From contig OZ024750.1 in assembly GCA_964016885.1 (NCBI GenBank), positions 5,828,001 through 5,892,000 on the forward strand: DNA of 64,000 nucleotides, given 5' to 3'. Made by a program: the position numbers and the translations under genes. This DNA is from Eledone cirrhosa. Lineage: Eukaryota. Below, piece by piece: positions 12,994-26,842 of this stretch. Numbering within the stretch: position 1 is the stretch's first letter; each line of letters begins with the position of its first letter. Under the pieces are notes generated by a model. It was not told the DNA's origin. It searched no databases and worked only from the letters and a program-made list of their open reading frames with translations.

Positions 12994-13260
12994 CACTCCG
13001 TCGGTTGCGACGACGAGTGTTCCAGTTGATCCGATCAACGGACCAATCTGCTTGTAAAGTTAAGGCGCAAGTAGCTGAGGATTCCACAAACACGCGTACT
13101 CTTATCGTAGTTCTCAGGGAGATTCAGAGTGACACATAATGTTACAAGGCTGACCATTCGAATTACAGGTACAACTCAATTTTACCAGCGGAGTGGACTG
13201 GAGCAACGTGAAATAAAATGTCTTGCTCAAAAGCGCGCCGTTGGGAATCGAACTCACGAA
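12994..13260 (-). mobile_element. SINE with family B core and long tail
   Basis: GGAGCAACGTGAAATAAA..TCTTGCTCAA core; tail homologous to 185-340. Confidence 0.78.
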
Positions 13261-13560
13261 ATTCCTCTGTACATCTTTCTTATTTCCTCTCTGTCACTCT
13301 CTATACTTCCATGGAAGAAATCTGCTGTATTCAAACCTGTAGAGGAGATGGGCTCCACCAAGTTTAAACATACCATAGAAACACCGCATGTCAACACGGC
13401 TTCTCCTACGGTTCCTTCAAGAGTTAAGGGAGCCATGCTTCTTATTAAAGGCACTAAGAACAGAGTGATAGAAACAGTTATAAGCCAGACTAAATTTCTT
13501 CTATGTTTTAATAAGTTTCTTTGTATTATTAAGTCTGAAGCTCAACAGGTTTCAGACTTA

Positions 13561-13766
13561 ATAATTGTTTCTATTTTTGGCACAAGGCCAGCAATTATCC
13601 CAGTGCATTACTGGTACTTTATTTTATCGACCCCGTAAGGATGAAAGGCAAAGTTAATCCCGCCGAGGTTAACTTTGCCTTTCATTCTTACGGGATCGAT
13701 ATAATAAAGTACCAGTAATGCACTGAGATAATTGCTGGCCTTGTGCCAAAAATAGAAACAATTATT
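13561..13766. mobile_element. SINE family A 3' half present as an inverted pair
   Basis: Minus copy 13561-13657 and plus copy 13657-13766, both tails pointing outward. Confidence 0.9.
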
Positions 13767-14175
13767 AAGTCTGAAACCTGTTGAGCTAGATTTTGCTTAT
13801 ATTCCTTCTGGGCTAGATACATTCAATCTCTATAGTATACCTGGCTAGATTCAATTAACTCTTTCGCTACAACCTTCAGTGAACTTTGCTTAACTTTGAG
13901 GAATGAATTTTAATCTCTTGAAACTATCAACGTTTTTCTTTGAGAGTCAATAACAATTCCTGCTAAGAGAGAAATTTCAATAGATGAAAATTACTTGTGC
14001 TCGGCATTCAGTACATTACTCGTTATCTTAAATATGTAATATATATCTAACTGGATAGCTGTTGGTGATAATACTCCTACTGTGCATATTGACCAATGCC
14101 TTCTAGATGACTAAATACAATTATTAGTGCTGTTGCTGATACTAACGTCGTTAGTCTTAACATTTACTTTCATTA

Positions 14176-14533
14176 TCGGTAGAGGGTTGGACGCCATGCT
14201 TTCTAGCATGGTTACGTCCATTTACAGTCTGAGTTCAAATCCCGCCGAGGTTAACTTTGCCTTTCATCCTTACGGGGTCGATAAAATAAAGTACCAGTAA
14301 TGCACTGGGTATTTGGTGGCCTTGTGCCAAAAGTAGAAACAATTATTATTAATTGCTTTGTGTAAGGGCAATGGATTAGCAGTATTAGTAGAGTAGAGTT
14401 ATGGCTCTTTATGTTCTAAGTTAACTCCTTGCCTTTCATCTCGACGGGGTCGATAAGATAAACTACCTGTAACATACTGGGGTCGATTTAATCGTCTTTT
14501 CCTTCCCCCCAAATTACCTGCCTTGTGCCGAAA
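14176..14533 (+). mobile_element. Two tandem SINE family A copies (second degenerate)
   Basis: Consensus match. Confidence 0.85.
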
Positions 14534-14569
14534 GTCTGACTATATATATATATATATGTATGTATGTAT

Positions 14570-14741
14570 TTCGTTCCTCTTTTATCTTTTATTTTCTGTA
14601 TCTATCCTTTGTGATCCTGTCTATTTCTATACTCCTGAAGAAGGGCTAGAGCCCGACACGTCAAACTTTATTTACCCTTTTCTATATAAAGCGTGAAACT
14701 AATAAGACTTTTTGTATCTCTGTTTGTTATTTCCTTGAACT
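14570..14741 (+). mobile_element. PLE pLTR-like relic with degenerate hammerhead core, between TA tracts
   Basis: CTGAAGA-A-GGGCT(AG)AGCCC-GACA(A>C)-CGTC at 14635-14662; its 3' part (AGCGTGAAA..TAATAA) resembles 34865-34930. Confidence 0.6.
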
Positions 14742-15756
14742 ATATATATATATATATATATATATGCATATATATATCAACAGCAGAAAGATGAAAAGCA
14801 AATTTACATGAGAGGGGGGGGGGGTACTTGAATTCGGAGTGTAAAGAAACGTAGTTCAATTATATTATATTCGACATCAGTGTATTTACACATGTAAGCC
14901 TTAGTAAACAGGACGATGAAAACTACCTGAATCGATAGAATGTATTATCATCTTGTAAAAGGCATATGAAACAAAATGGAGTATTTTACATTGAATTCAC
15001 ATAAACCTTAATTTTCTTTAATTTCTAGTTTTGGGATATATTTCGATATCTGTAAAGTTCAATAGATAATATCATGTAAGCCGAAAGCTGAATTACCCGA
15101 TATCGAAATGAAAAGAAAGATTTATCAATGATATCTAAAACTGCTCATATTATTACATCTCAATAAAAGCGGATAGGTATTGTAAATTATGTGGGGACAT
15201 GTAACATGAAGCAATAGAACCATATATTACATAATTCCGTTATAAAGGATGTAAGAATAAGTTGAATACTTTTGGGCATATTTTGCTTTAATTCATATTG
15301 TGTCGTTCTTTGTAGTAATGGATATTGAAAGACGGCATACGTTTATGTGTATACGCTTGTGTGTATAAGGATGTAGACACACACACACACTCGGCCTCTA
15401 TATATATACACACACTCTCTCTCTCTATATATATATAGATATATACACACACACTCTCTCTCTCTATATATATAGATATACACACACACTCTCTCTATAT
15501 ATATAGATATACACACACACACTCTCTCCCTCTATATATATACACACACTCTCTCACTATATATATAGAGATATACACACACTCTCTCACTATATATATA
15601 GAGATATATACACACTCTCTCTCTCTATATATATATATACATACACACACTCTCTATATATATATACACTCTCTCTCTCTATATATATATATACACACAC
15701 ACACTATATACATAGACACATACACACTCTTTCTATATATATAGACACACACACAC

Positions 15757-15795
<39 letters not shown>

Positions 15796-16283
15796 CGTCA
15801 GTATGTGTAACTGCGTGTGGTGTCTAATTTCATGTATACATATGTTTGTGCATGCGAACAATGATGCCTATATCCATAAGTACAAAAACACGCACTCACA
15901 CACGCATACACATAACACACAGGCACACATACACCCACACACACATAAACACGCACATATATATATGTGTGTATGTGTCTGAGCGCCAATGCATGTGTGC
16001 ATGCATGTATATACATCCTTATATGAATATGTGTGCACTTCTCTCTCTCTCTATATATATATATTTATACATACATACACACAAACACACACATATATAT
16101 ATATACACGCACACATATATAAACACACACACATATATATATATATAGACACACATATATATATATATACATATACACACACACACACAACACATATATA
16201 TATATACATATATATATATACATACACACACACATATATATACACACACACACCCACATATATATATACACACACATATATAT

Positions 16284-16351
<68 letters not shown>

Positions 16352-16409
16352 TGTGTATGTATATATATATATACATATATATACATACATATATATATAT
16401 ATAATGTTC

Positions 16410-16462
<53 letters not shown>

Positions 16463-16534
16463 TATATATATATATATACATATATGTATATATATACACA
16501 CACACATATATATATATATATACATATATATATG

Positions 16535-16568
<34 letters not shown>

Positions 16569-17290
16569 TATATATATATGTGTATATATATATATATATA
16601 CTTACATACATACATACATATACATATATATATATATATATATATAATATTCGCACCTGTATATCTGGATGATTGTGTTATATTACCTAAAGGTGATATG
16701 TAACTATCATAACTTAGAAATCACTAGAAATGTGTAGTAATAACCGGAAATGAGTTAGCAGCCATTACAGTAGCCACGGAGGGAATGATTCTAGAAAGAG
16801 GTAGACAAAACATCTGCAGAAACCAGTTCAGGAAGAATGATATTAAAAGCAATTATGCTCAGAATGTTGGCATGACAATTCTGCTGATGTTGCTTCGGGC
16901 AACATAAAATTCCCTTGCAGTCTCTTTCTTTCTCCAAAACATTTAATTAGCTCAGTACACATCTAGATATTTTTGTTATGTTTTTCTTTTTGTCTATTAT
17001 TATTATTTTTATATTTTTGTGTAGTATTGTTAAACCTGATTCAGAAGGAATCCATTATAAATTTCCTGTTCTTAAGGAATAAAGAAACGTAATTTTTGTA
17101 ATATTTTCTTGGTATTTCATACTCGCTCTTGAAAAAACAAAAAAAATAATAAAATTCCCAAATCCTCCCCCAAAACGAAATAAAAAACAATACACATTTA
17201 ACAAGTCGGTTTTTTAACCTTTCTAAGAACTGTAAAGAATAGGTATATATATTCTATAATAGCGATAGCCGATGGTCTTGATATACTAAT

Positions 17291-17476
17291 ATAATTGTTT
17301 CTACTTTTGGCACAAGGCCAGCTATTACCCCAGTGCATTACTGGTACTTTATTTTATCGACCCCGTAAGGATGAAAGCCAAAGTTAACCTCGACGGGATT
17401 TGAACTTAGACTGTAAAGGGACGTAACTCTATGCGACAAAGCATGGGATCCGACCCTCTACCAATACTGCCACTCC
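17291..17476 (-). mobile_element. SINE family A
   Basis: Consensus match. Confidence 0.9.
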
Positions 17477-17534
17477 ACTTACCATGTAACACTGAAAGGA
17501 AATCAGCTTGCTGTTACAATACTTTCCATGTTAC

Positions 17535-17823
17535 CATGACTTTCGGAAATAGTTTTTCACGCTCAGAGTTGCTGAAGCATGGAACAAACTACCTGCATCA
17601 GTTGTTAACTGTCGAGACACTGCACCCTTTAAAACCTCCATGCTTCCAGAGATTCGCCAATACTACACCTGATGTCCCCCCCTCCATACACGCGGACACA
17701 TGTATTTCATGACTCGTACACTGTTCATTTCCCTGACATTTGTACATTATTCTATGTACTACACATGCACCTTTGATGAGTTGTAGTGTACCTGAGCACT
17801 GTACACAATAATTTCATTATTAT
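17535..17823 (+). mobile_element. 5'-truncated CR1-clade LINE 3' end
   Basis: 17535-17672 translates HDFRK*FFTLRVAEAWNKLPASVVNCRDTAPFKTSML, matching the CR1 ORF2 C-terminal FF..RV...WN.LP..VV motif; ends in (ATT)n. Confidence 0.75.
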
Positions 17824-18464
17824 ACAAAGAAACAAAACGATAACTTCTCCAAGTTAACGTTAGAATATCTGAGCAATTTTAACGAAGAAAAAAAAAATGG
17901 ATTAAAAACATCCACAGATGTGAATTGGTTATTTTATGAGAATGCTTATGATTAGCGTGTGAAATTCAATTATGATTTTACATTAAAAGGATTTGCAACA
18001 AACACTAAACAATTGTGAAGTCCTGAACGATTGCATCCTTCTCAAACTGTCGTCCTATCCATATTTATTATGTAGTTTACTAACAGGCTTTAAACCGCTG
18101 TTTACAAATCTTTCAATCCTTTATTCATCAGAGTTTTTTTTTAACGAAAATTACATGACAACGTTATGTGAAAGATAACAGGAGCACTCTTCCTTCCCAG
18201 ATGATAGTTCATGTTATAAATAAAACACTCAAGTCCGGTTATTCATTTCTATATGTACCTCTAGTTTATGTTGACTCCAGTATATTTTTTCTCAGTCTCT
18301 TTTTTCCTTACATTTTACATTCCATTCTTCTCAATCTAAATTTTCTTTTTCTATTAAACTGTATTTACATGATATATTCCTCAATTAAAAAATAAAAGCA
18401 AATCATATGCACTTTATGTTTTTAGTCCAAGTGTAAAGTCAAGCCTTTAAAGGTTTAACTTTAA

Positions 18465-18683
18465 CCCTTTAGCATTTAAACCAGCCATATCCGGCTAGAA
18501 TTCTCTCACCTCTTTCTCTTCAAACCAGATGTAGCTGGCCACTCATACTGACGTTAAGGTATTGTTCTCAAAATAAATAACAACAAAATCTCAGATTCGA
18601 TATTATGTTAGATAATTATGTAAGATAAAGCCTTTACTGTGAAAATATGATAGTATATATAGAGTAATGTAAATGCTAAAGGG
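18465..18683. mobile_element. piggyBac-like MITE
   Basis: TTAA|CCCTTTAGCATTTA...TAAATGCTAAAGGG|TTAA: 14-bp perfect TIR, CCC/GGG ends, TTAA TSD. Confidence 0.8.
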
Positions 18684-18942
18684 TTAATTGTAAAAATTGT
18701 AATTAATTCTACTCAAATATAATGATCAAAATGAAATTACCTTTGCCCTTAAATTATATCTCAGTGAAATAAATTCTCGTAATGTTCAGTTTCCCTATCA
18801 GTGAAATACATTTCAATATGAATCAATAAATTACCCATATATATATATATAGTATATATATATATATATATATATGCATGTTGTATTGTGCTGTTTAGTT
18901 TATTGTTTATGTTTACTTTTTGCACACACTCACAACACACAC

Positions 18943-18973
<31 letters not shown>

Positions 18974-19382
18974 TGTATGTATGTATGTATGTATGTATGT
19001 ATGTATGTATGTATGTATGTATGTATGTATGTGTGTGTGTGTGTGTGTGTGTGTTGTGTGCCTTTAAGTATATGTACATGTATGTATATTGATATGTATC
19101 TGTGTATATATACATTTCATGTATCACAACACAATTATCTCTACATTCTAATCATCTGTGTTAGTTTACAACACCAAACTGTTCAACTGATAATTAATAT
19201 GTAATCAATATATATATCAATACTTCTATGTAGTTTACTGAGTAAAAGTCAATCTGACATGTCGTCCATAATTATGAACATCTGGTAACATTTTCAACAT
19301 AATTATAAATTTTAAAACTAAAAAAATGTCATATAATGGATGATAGATTTAAAAAGCATTGATCAACTATATTGTTGGCAGC

Positions 19383-19900
19383 TTTCTTCTTCTTCTTCTT
19401 CTTCTTCTTCTTCGTTCTTTTTCTACTTCTTCCTCGTCTTCTTTGTTGTTGATGTTGTTCTTCTTCTTCTCTGTTCTTCTTCGTTCTTCTTCGTTCTTCT
19501 TCGTTCTTCTTCGTTCTTCTTCGTTCTTCTTCGTTCTTCTTCGTTCTTCTTCGTTCTTCTTCGTTCTTCTTCGTTCTTCTTCGTTCTTCTTCGTTCTTCT
19601 TCGTTCTTCCCCGTTCTTCTCCGTTCTTCTCCGTTCTTCTCCGTTCTTCTCCGTTCTTCTTCGTTCTTCTCCGTTCTTCTTCGTTCTTCTCCGTTCTTCT
19701 TCTTTTGTTGTTCTTCTCCCTCTTCTTCTATTGTTGTTCTTCTTCGTTCTTCTTCGTTCTTCTTCGGTCTTCTTCTTCTTCTTCTTCTTCTTCTTCTTCT
19801 TCTTCTCCTCCGTTCTTCTTCATTCTTGTTCTTCGTTCTTCTTCTCCTTCTCCTTCTCCACCTTCTATTTCACATTCTCCCTCTTCTTCTCCTCTCTCTT
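19383..19900. repeat. CTT-derived pyrimidine tract with 10-bp unit TTCTTCTTCG
   Basis: Direct observation. Confidence 0.95.
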
Positions 19901-20822
19901 TTCCAACTTTACAATACGATATATTGAAATACCGATATAAACTTCCATCTCCATATTGTGTATTTGAGGGACTCGACTTGTCTTCAAGCAAAACATGGAA
20001 AATTTAGAGAACAACTAACACAGAACGAAACTCCTTTTTTGTTAGTAACGATCATGTTGCTGCCTTGCAACGAACTTTATTTTACCATGGCACCAGGGTG
20101 GCATTAGCGCTGTTAGCAATTACTCAACATTAGGAAGACCGTATCGAGATATCATTGCGAGATCTTTCTGCCAGTCGATTGGCACCATATTGGCTCGGAC
20201 AACAGCGATTCTCAATAGATAAACATGAAAAATCATGCAAACATGGAACAAATAATTTTTTTCCTTTGCAAAAATAGAAATAAAATCCGATATATATTAT
20301 TAATTAATTAACCGCTGGGTTATTTCATTTGCATTATATTTTTTGTATTAATACCATTTATTTCATTTTTTTTTTTAATTTACGAATATAGAGAAAAAAA
20401 TGAACAATTTCAGAAGTTGTTTTAATAGCATTTTTATACGTCACATTAAATATGTAATTTCCATAGATGATTAATGAGTTAAATTAATTTGTCGCCCAAC
20501 ATGTAGCTAATATCAACTAAAATATTCATAGTTTTAATCTCTTGCTATAAAATCCGGTAGTATTAAGTCCTTAAGAGACAATAGATTTTTTAAGTTCGTT
20601 AATGGAACAACAAATTGTGAGTTAGATTTTCTATTTTATTTTATTTCTTCGTTCCTCAGAGAAAAGGATTTAAATTTGGATAACAATCCTCACAGCTTTT
20701 GTCTTCGCTCAAATATGCAACATACACACATACTCATGTACACACACATTCATATATACATACATATATATATTTATGCACACACACACATATATATATA
20801 CACACATACATGTATAGTAACC

Positions 20823-20853
<31 letters not shown>

Positions 20854-20979
20854 TTACACACACATACACACACAAATACACATTGACATTCCCACGCATA
20901 AAAATTCATGAACATGTGTCTGCGTATGCACAGAAATAGACACACACACACACAGGCACACCCACCCACACACACAGAT

Positions 20980-21059
<80 letters not shown>

Positions 21060-22549
21060 AGACACACGCACACACACACAACAGACATGGGAATTACGTA
21101 TTAAAAATTAATTAGGGAATTACTGCGCTTTAACGGTTCAACGAATTATTATTTTTATCCTTATTATTGTTGTTATTGTTGTTGGTGTTGTTGTTGGTGT
21201 TGTTATTGTTGTTGTTATTGTTGTTAGTGTTGTTGCTGTTACTTTATGTGATATGTGGTTAAAGTTGTTTTACGAAAGCCAGAACAATGGAGAGAGAGAG
21301 ATAATAAAATAAATATTTACACGTTTAACTTATATTCCATGTCTATTTATGGTTAAATCTCTTTCGTTGCAGAGAAATGACAAGAAGGAGACCATTGGTG
21401 GACTATCCATCGGAACGAAAACATTCTACATATGGTTCGAAAGTTCTCGAATATGCAACAGATCCAGCGAAGTTAAAGACGAACCCAACGGTGTCAATCA
21501 GTTATAAAAGGTCCTAGTTAAGAACAGTTACCCTGCATGCTTCACCAAACGACAGCATATTTTATTATGCTGGCATAAAATCCACTTAATGAAAGCCTAT
21601 CCCTATCATGTATTATTTCTTGGCTAGGAATAAGCTATCTTGGAGATGATCTTTGACTGATGGATAGTCAAAAGGTTTGGTGGCATACAGGCCTGTTAAA
21701 GTGTCGTCTCTGATTTAACATAAGTTGGCACTACAGGAAAGGATTTTTAGTACTTCAATGACATTTTCGTCGGTTAGTTTTGGTTCAAACCGAACTTACA
21801 ATTTTGACCGTCCGAGCGTCTATCTAGAGATAGTGGAATAGTTTTTTTAAAAATTTGATGTACCTAATCAACGTAGGTAAGCTTGAGAACCAAACGACTG
21901 ATGGAGAGGAACCATTATAACCTCTCACAATCTTCGAGGGAAAATAATGGAGATTGAGAAGTAATTTTCTCACAAATAGCTTCCATATAGGGTGGATAGA
22001 TATGGTTAAAATATTTCAATTGAATAGGAATCGAAGCTACATAATAAATATCAATAGATTGTAATTCGTCTGCAAGTATGCTCTCTGACATTATTCCTTC
22101 ACCTCCGTAATTCTTTGTTTAGTTAACTGATGAACTGAAATGAAAAAAAATGTTTAATGGCTAATTTTCATTTAGAATTCATCTTTACTCCCATATATAC
22201 TATTGAGTGGCATTTTATAAAAAAATTGTTTACAGTAACGAGTTTCTTTCTCTTTTTCTGTGTCCTCCTTGTGTCAATGAAAGAAATAACAACACGACAG
22301 ATTTCGTCAAAACCACAAATATCAATAATCATTATTTTCATCTTTGTTATTACTTTAATTTAAAAAAAAAAATCATTACTAATATTAACAACGACTACGA
22401 ACCCCACCATTAATAATAATCAATATTCTCGACTGCTGTTACTTTTTATTATAATAAATATTTCTAATATATTTTTATTGCTGGTGATTTTCCTTGCTTT
22501 TGTTCTTGTTACAGCAACTGTAAAACATTTCTCATCATAAACAGACCCC

Positions 22550-22627
22550 AATGTATACACATGTACATACACACATAGACACATGCACGCGCATGTATAT
22601 ATATACATATATATATATACATACACA

Positions 22628-22659
<32 letters not shown>

Positions 22660-22796
22660 CACACACATATATATATATATACACACATATATATATATAT
22701 ACATATATATATACACACACATATATATATATACACACATATATATATATACATATATATATACACACACACACATATATATACATATACACACAC

Positions 22797-22827
<31 letters not shown>

Positions 22828-23254
22828 TATATATATATATATATACACACACACATATATATATATATATATACATATACACACACACATATATATATAT
22901 ATACATATATATATACACACACATATATATACATATACACACATATACACACACATATATGTATATATATATATACATATATATATATACACACATATAT
23001 ATACATATACACACATATATATATATACATACATATATATATATACATATATACATATATATATACACACACATATATATATATACATACATATATATAT
23101 ATATACACACATATATATATATATACATACATATATACATATATATATATACACACATATATATATATATACATACATATATATACATATATATATATAT
23201 ACATATATATACATATATATACATATACATATATATACATATATATACATATAT
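22550..23254. repeat. Compound TA/CA microsatellite (similar fields at 7430-7925, 15375-16650, 23480-23830, 30110-30500, 46730-47360, 47670-48345, 49495-50120, 52197-52545, 53300-54072, 54670-55045)
   Basis: Direct observation. Confidence 0.95.
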
Positions 23255-23262
23255 TCATTCTA

Positions 23263-23479
23263 GTCGATTGACTTTCGTCAAATCGGACCGAGGAAACTAT
23301 GTTTCCGTTGGTCTTTCCAATTGCTAATACTATCTATCGGTCGCAACTCCAGGTAGAAGGAGCAACGTGAAATAAAGTGTCTTGCTCAAGGACATAACGC
23401 ATCGCCTGGTTCAGGAATCGAACTCACAACCTCACGATTGTGAATCCAATACTCTAACCACTCAGCCACACGCCTTCAC
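23263..23479 (-). mobile_element. tRNA-derived SINE family B (CORE-like central box)
   Basis: TGGCT.AGTGG A-box, GAGTTCGATTCC B-box, GTCCTTGAGCAAGACACTTTATTTCAC box, tail ..GGAAAGACCAA.GGAAACAT.GTTTCCTCGGTCCGATTTGACG. Confidence 0.88.
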
Positions 23480-23504
23480 ATATATACACATATATATATA
23501 TATA

Positions 23505-23539
<35 letters not shown>

Positions 23540-23733
23540 CATATACATACATATATATATACACATATATATATATATATACATATATATATACACATAT
23601 ATATATATATATATATACATATATATACATATATATATACACATATATATAATATATATATATACATATATATATATAATATATATACATTCATATACAT
23701 ATATAATATATATATATATTTGTATATATGAGT

Positions 23734-23796
<63 letters not shown>

Positions 23797-23967
23797 CATG
23801 TATGTATGTGTGTGTATATATATTTATATATAGGGATGTTCGTGTACGTGTCCGTTTTAATTATATTTCTTTTCTATAGCATATTATTAATTCTGGTATC
23901 GTAAGTTTCAATATCTGACAGAAACTGTAGTGAGAGGGCACTGACTGAATTGAAGGGAAGGACACTA

Positions 23968-24238
23968 ACACCGCCACCACCACCACCACTGTCACCACCA
24001 CCACGACCACGACCACCATTATCACCACCACCACTATCACCACCAACACCACCGCCACCACAATCACCATTATCACCACCACCACTACTACGACCACCAC
24101 TGTCATCACCGCCACGACCACCACCATTATTATCTCTACCACCATCACAACCACCAGCACCAGCACCACCACCACTACCACCACCGTCACTACTACCACG
24201 ACCCCCCCCCCCCCACCACCACACCACCACCACCACTA
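23968..24238. repeat. CAC-rich trinucleotide tract (similar CAT/CAC/CTA tracts at 28250-28480, 29095-29215, 29430-29733)
   Basis: Direct observation. Confidence 0.9.
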
Positions 24239-24920
24239 TTCTCCGCCCTTAACGTCTATAGAAGTAGTTAGTTTATGATATTGATGACAATAGAGAGGAG
24301 AAACCGATGAAATAGAAAGTGTTAAAAACATTCTATGATGGAGTCAGAGAAGATGGCTGACAGGAAATGGTAGTGTTTTCATTTTTATATTAGATTTATA
24401 TATCTCTTATAATATATTAGTATATAGCGTGAATATATTTGATACAGATCAGTGGAGCTTGGCTTAGTGAGAGAGAGGGGGGAATGAGAGGGGGGTGGGG
24501 GCGAGAGGGGGGTGGGGGTGGGGAGAGAGAGAGCGAGAGAGAAGGAGAGAATGAGAGAGAGACAGAATGAGTGAGAGAGAGAGAGAGAGTGAGTGAATGA
24601 GGGAGAGAGAATGAAAGAGAGAGAGTGAGAGAGAGAGAGTGAGACAGAGAGAAGGAGATGAGAATGAGTGAGAGAGAGGGAGAAAATGAGTGAGAGAGAG
24701 AGAGAAAGAATGAGTGAAAGAGAGAGAGAAGGGGCGTTGTAAGAGAACTGGGGTTATTTGTCTGAATATAAGAGTTATTGTGAAAGTCGGCGTCTTTGTA
24801 AAGTTGTTATCGTCGTCGATAATTTTGTTATCCTAATTTTCATCGATGTTTTCATAATTTTCATTCTCAGCTCCGTCATTATTTTAATTGTTATCTCCAG
24901 TATTATTATGGCCAGGGTGA

Positions 24921-25292
24921 GAGCGGTGGATTGGCAGGGTCGGTAGAGGGTCGGACACCATGCTTTACGGTCTGAGTTCAAATCCCGCCGAGGTTAACTT
25001 TGCTTTCATCCTTACAGGGTCGATAAAATAAAGTACCAGTAATGCACTGGGTAATTGCTGGCCTTGTGCCAAAAGTAGAAACAATTATTATTGTGGATTG
25101 GCAGTATCGGCAGAGGGTCGGACACCATGCTTTTCAGCATAGAGTTACGGTCCTTTACGGTCTGAGTTCAAATCCCGCCGAGGTTAACTTTACCTTTCAT
25201 CCTTACAGGGTCGATAAAATAAAGTACCAGTAATGTACTGGGGTCGATTTAATCGACTTTCCCCTCCTCCCAAATTACTGGCCTTGTGCCTA
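24921..25292 (+). mobile_element. Head-to-tail dimer of SINE family A (short-tail + long-tail variants)
   Basis: Second unit has the extra GGGGTCGATTTAATCGACTTTCCCC segment. Confidence 0.88.
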
Positions 25293-26288
25293 AACAGGAG
25301 AACGTCGGGCAATATGCTGACCTCTTTGAATTACAGATATAACTGGAGTAAGGAGGAGTCGAACACGCGGAGACCATACACTTGGGGGCCGAACGACCAT
25401 ATCCACTAAACCACGCGCCTACACTATATCAGATAATGGTTTCTGATTTACGCACAAGGCCAACAATTTTTGGGGAAGGAAAAGTCGGACTGTTATTAGA
25501 GAGGTGTATGTGCTAAAATAGATACATGAGAGAGAGAGAGAGAGAGCGAGAAAGAGAGAGAAAGAGAGAGAGAGAGCGAGAAAGAGAGAGAAAGAGAGAG
25601 AGAGAGAGAAAGAAAGAGGGTAGCCATTTCTATTCAATCGTTAGGTTGTTACTCTATCAACTAGGCTATCCATGCTATTATTTTACGATGATAGACAGAA
25701 AAATTTCTATGAAAGAAATCAACTATGTGTGGCAAATCACATATGAATTTAAAACTCATAACCTTAGAAGACGCCAGACTATCTAACTTACTCTCTTCAA
25801 CTCTACTACAATAAATTTTGACTAGCAATGTGTATAGAGTGACCGAAGCGAAAAACTCTGCAGACAACCAGTAATTTTTTTTATGGGAAAGACAACACGC
25901 CAATAAAATCTAATTAAATTGGTAAAATTTAAATGTTTTTTTTTTCCGACAATTTTTGTTTTAATTTATTTCTTTTAAACTGAGTTGAAACTATCAAGTT
26001 ATAAATTTTATTTCTTTCAATGATAATAGTTTTTTCTCGTATGGTGATTTAAATCATTTTTATCTTAACGCTACTTCAGAAAAATATAAATAAAATATAA
26101 CAAGAAAGGTAATTCGAAGAATATATAGTAAATACAATGTTATATTTAAATTTATTGAAGGACAATCAGTCTATTTGTCTGTCTATCCATCTAATTCAGT
26201 GTACATTTATACATATTTCACGCACACAGACAAGCATACATATACATACATACATACATACATACATACACATACATACATACATACA

Positions 26289-26327
<39 letters not shown>

Positions 26328-26417
26328 GTATGCATACGTACACTTACATTTATGTATCAGTTGTGCTAGAGCGAGAAATAAAATTCTAATTTTATGTATA
26401 CATACACATATATACAG

Positions 26418-26474
<57 letters not shown>

Positions 26475-26503
26475 TAAACACCGTAACATTAGAAATAATT
26501 AAT

Positions 26504-26842
26504 GTAGCCACTAAGAATGGTGAATTACAGAATTGGTATGTATGGTCCCGTAACCCTTGATAGAGTCTTAGGACATTTGAAGCCTGGCAGAGCCCATCCC
26601 TCTCCAGGCCTGAGTACAGCAGATTTCTTCTAGAGAAAGATAGAAAGTGGGAGAGAGAGGAAATGAGCAAGAGATATAGAGGAAGAATCGACCCCAGTAC
26701 TAGACTGGTACTTTTATTTTATCAACCTTGAAAGGATGAAAGGCAAAGTTGACTTCGGTGGGATTTGAACTCAGAGCAGAGATCCCGAACGAATACCAGA
26801 AAACATTCTATCCGACGTTCTAACGACTCTGCCATTTCGCCA
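26504..26842 (-). mobile_element. SINE with family A head/core and a different 3' tail
   Basis: Tail (..AAGCCTGGC.GAGCCCAT.CCTCT.CAGG.CTGAGTACAGCAGATTTCTT..) shared with 50466-50780. Confidence 0.78.

Noticed and set aside
21361-21520. Possible host exon after TCTCTTTCGTTGCAG
   Set aside because: Plausible acceptor, but the frames I read stop within ~50 codons and resemble no protein I recognise; needs RNA-seq.
24476-24525. G-quadruplex-capable G-runs
   Set aside because: Embedded in a degenerate GA microsatellite; no functional context.
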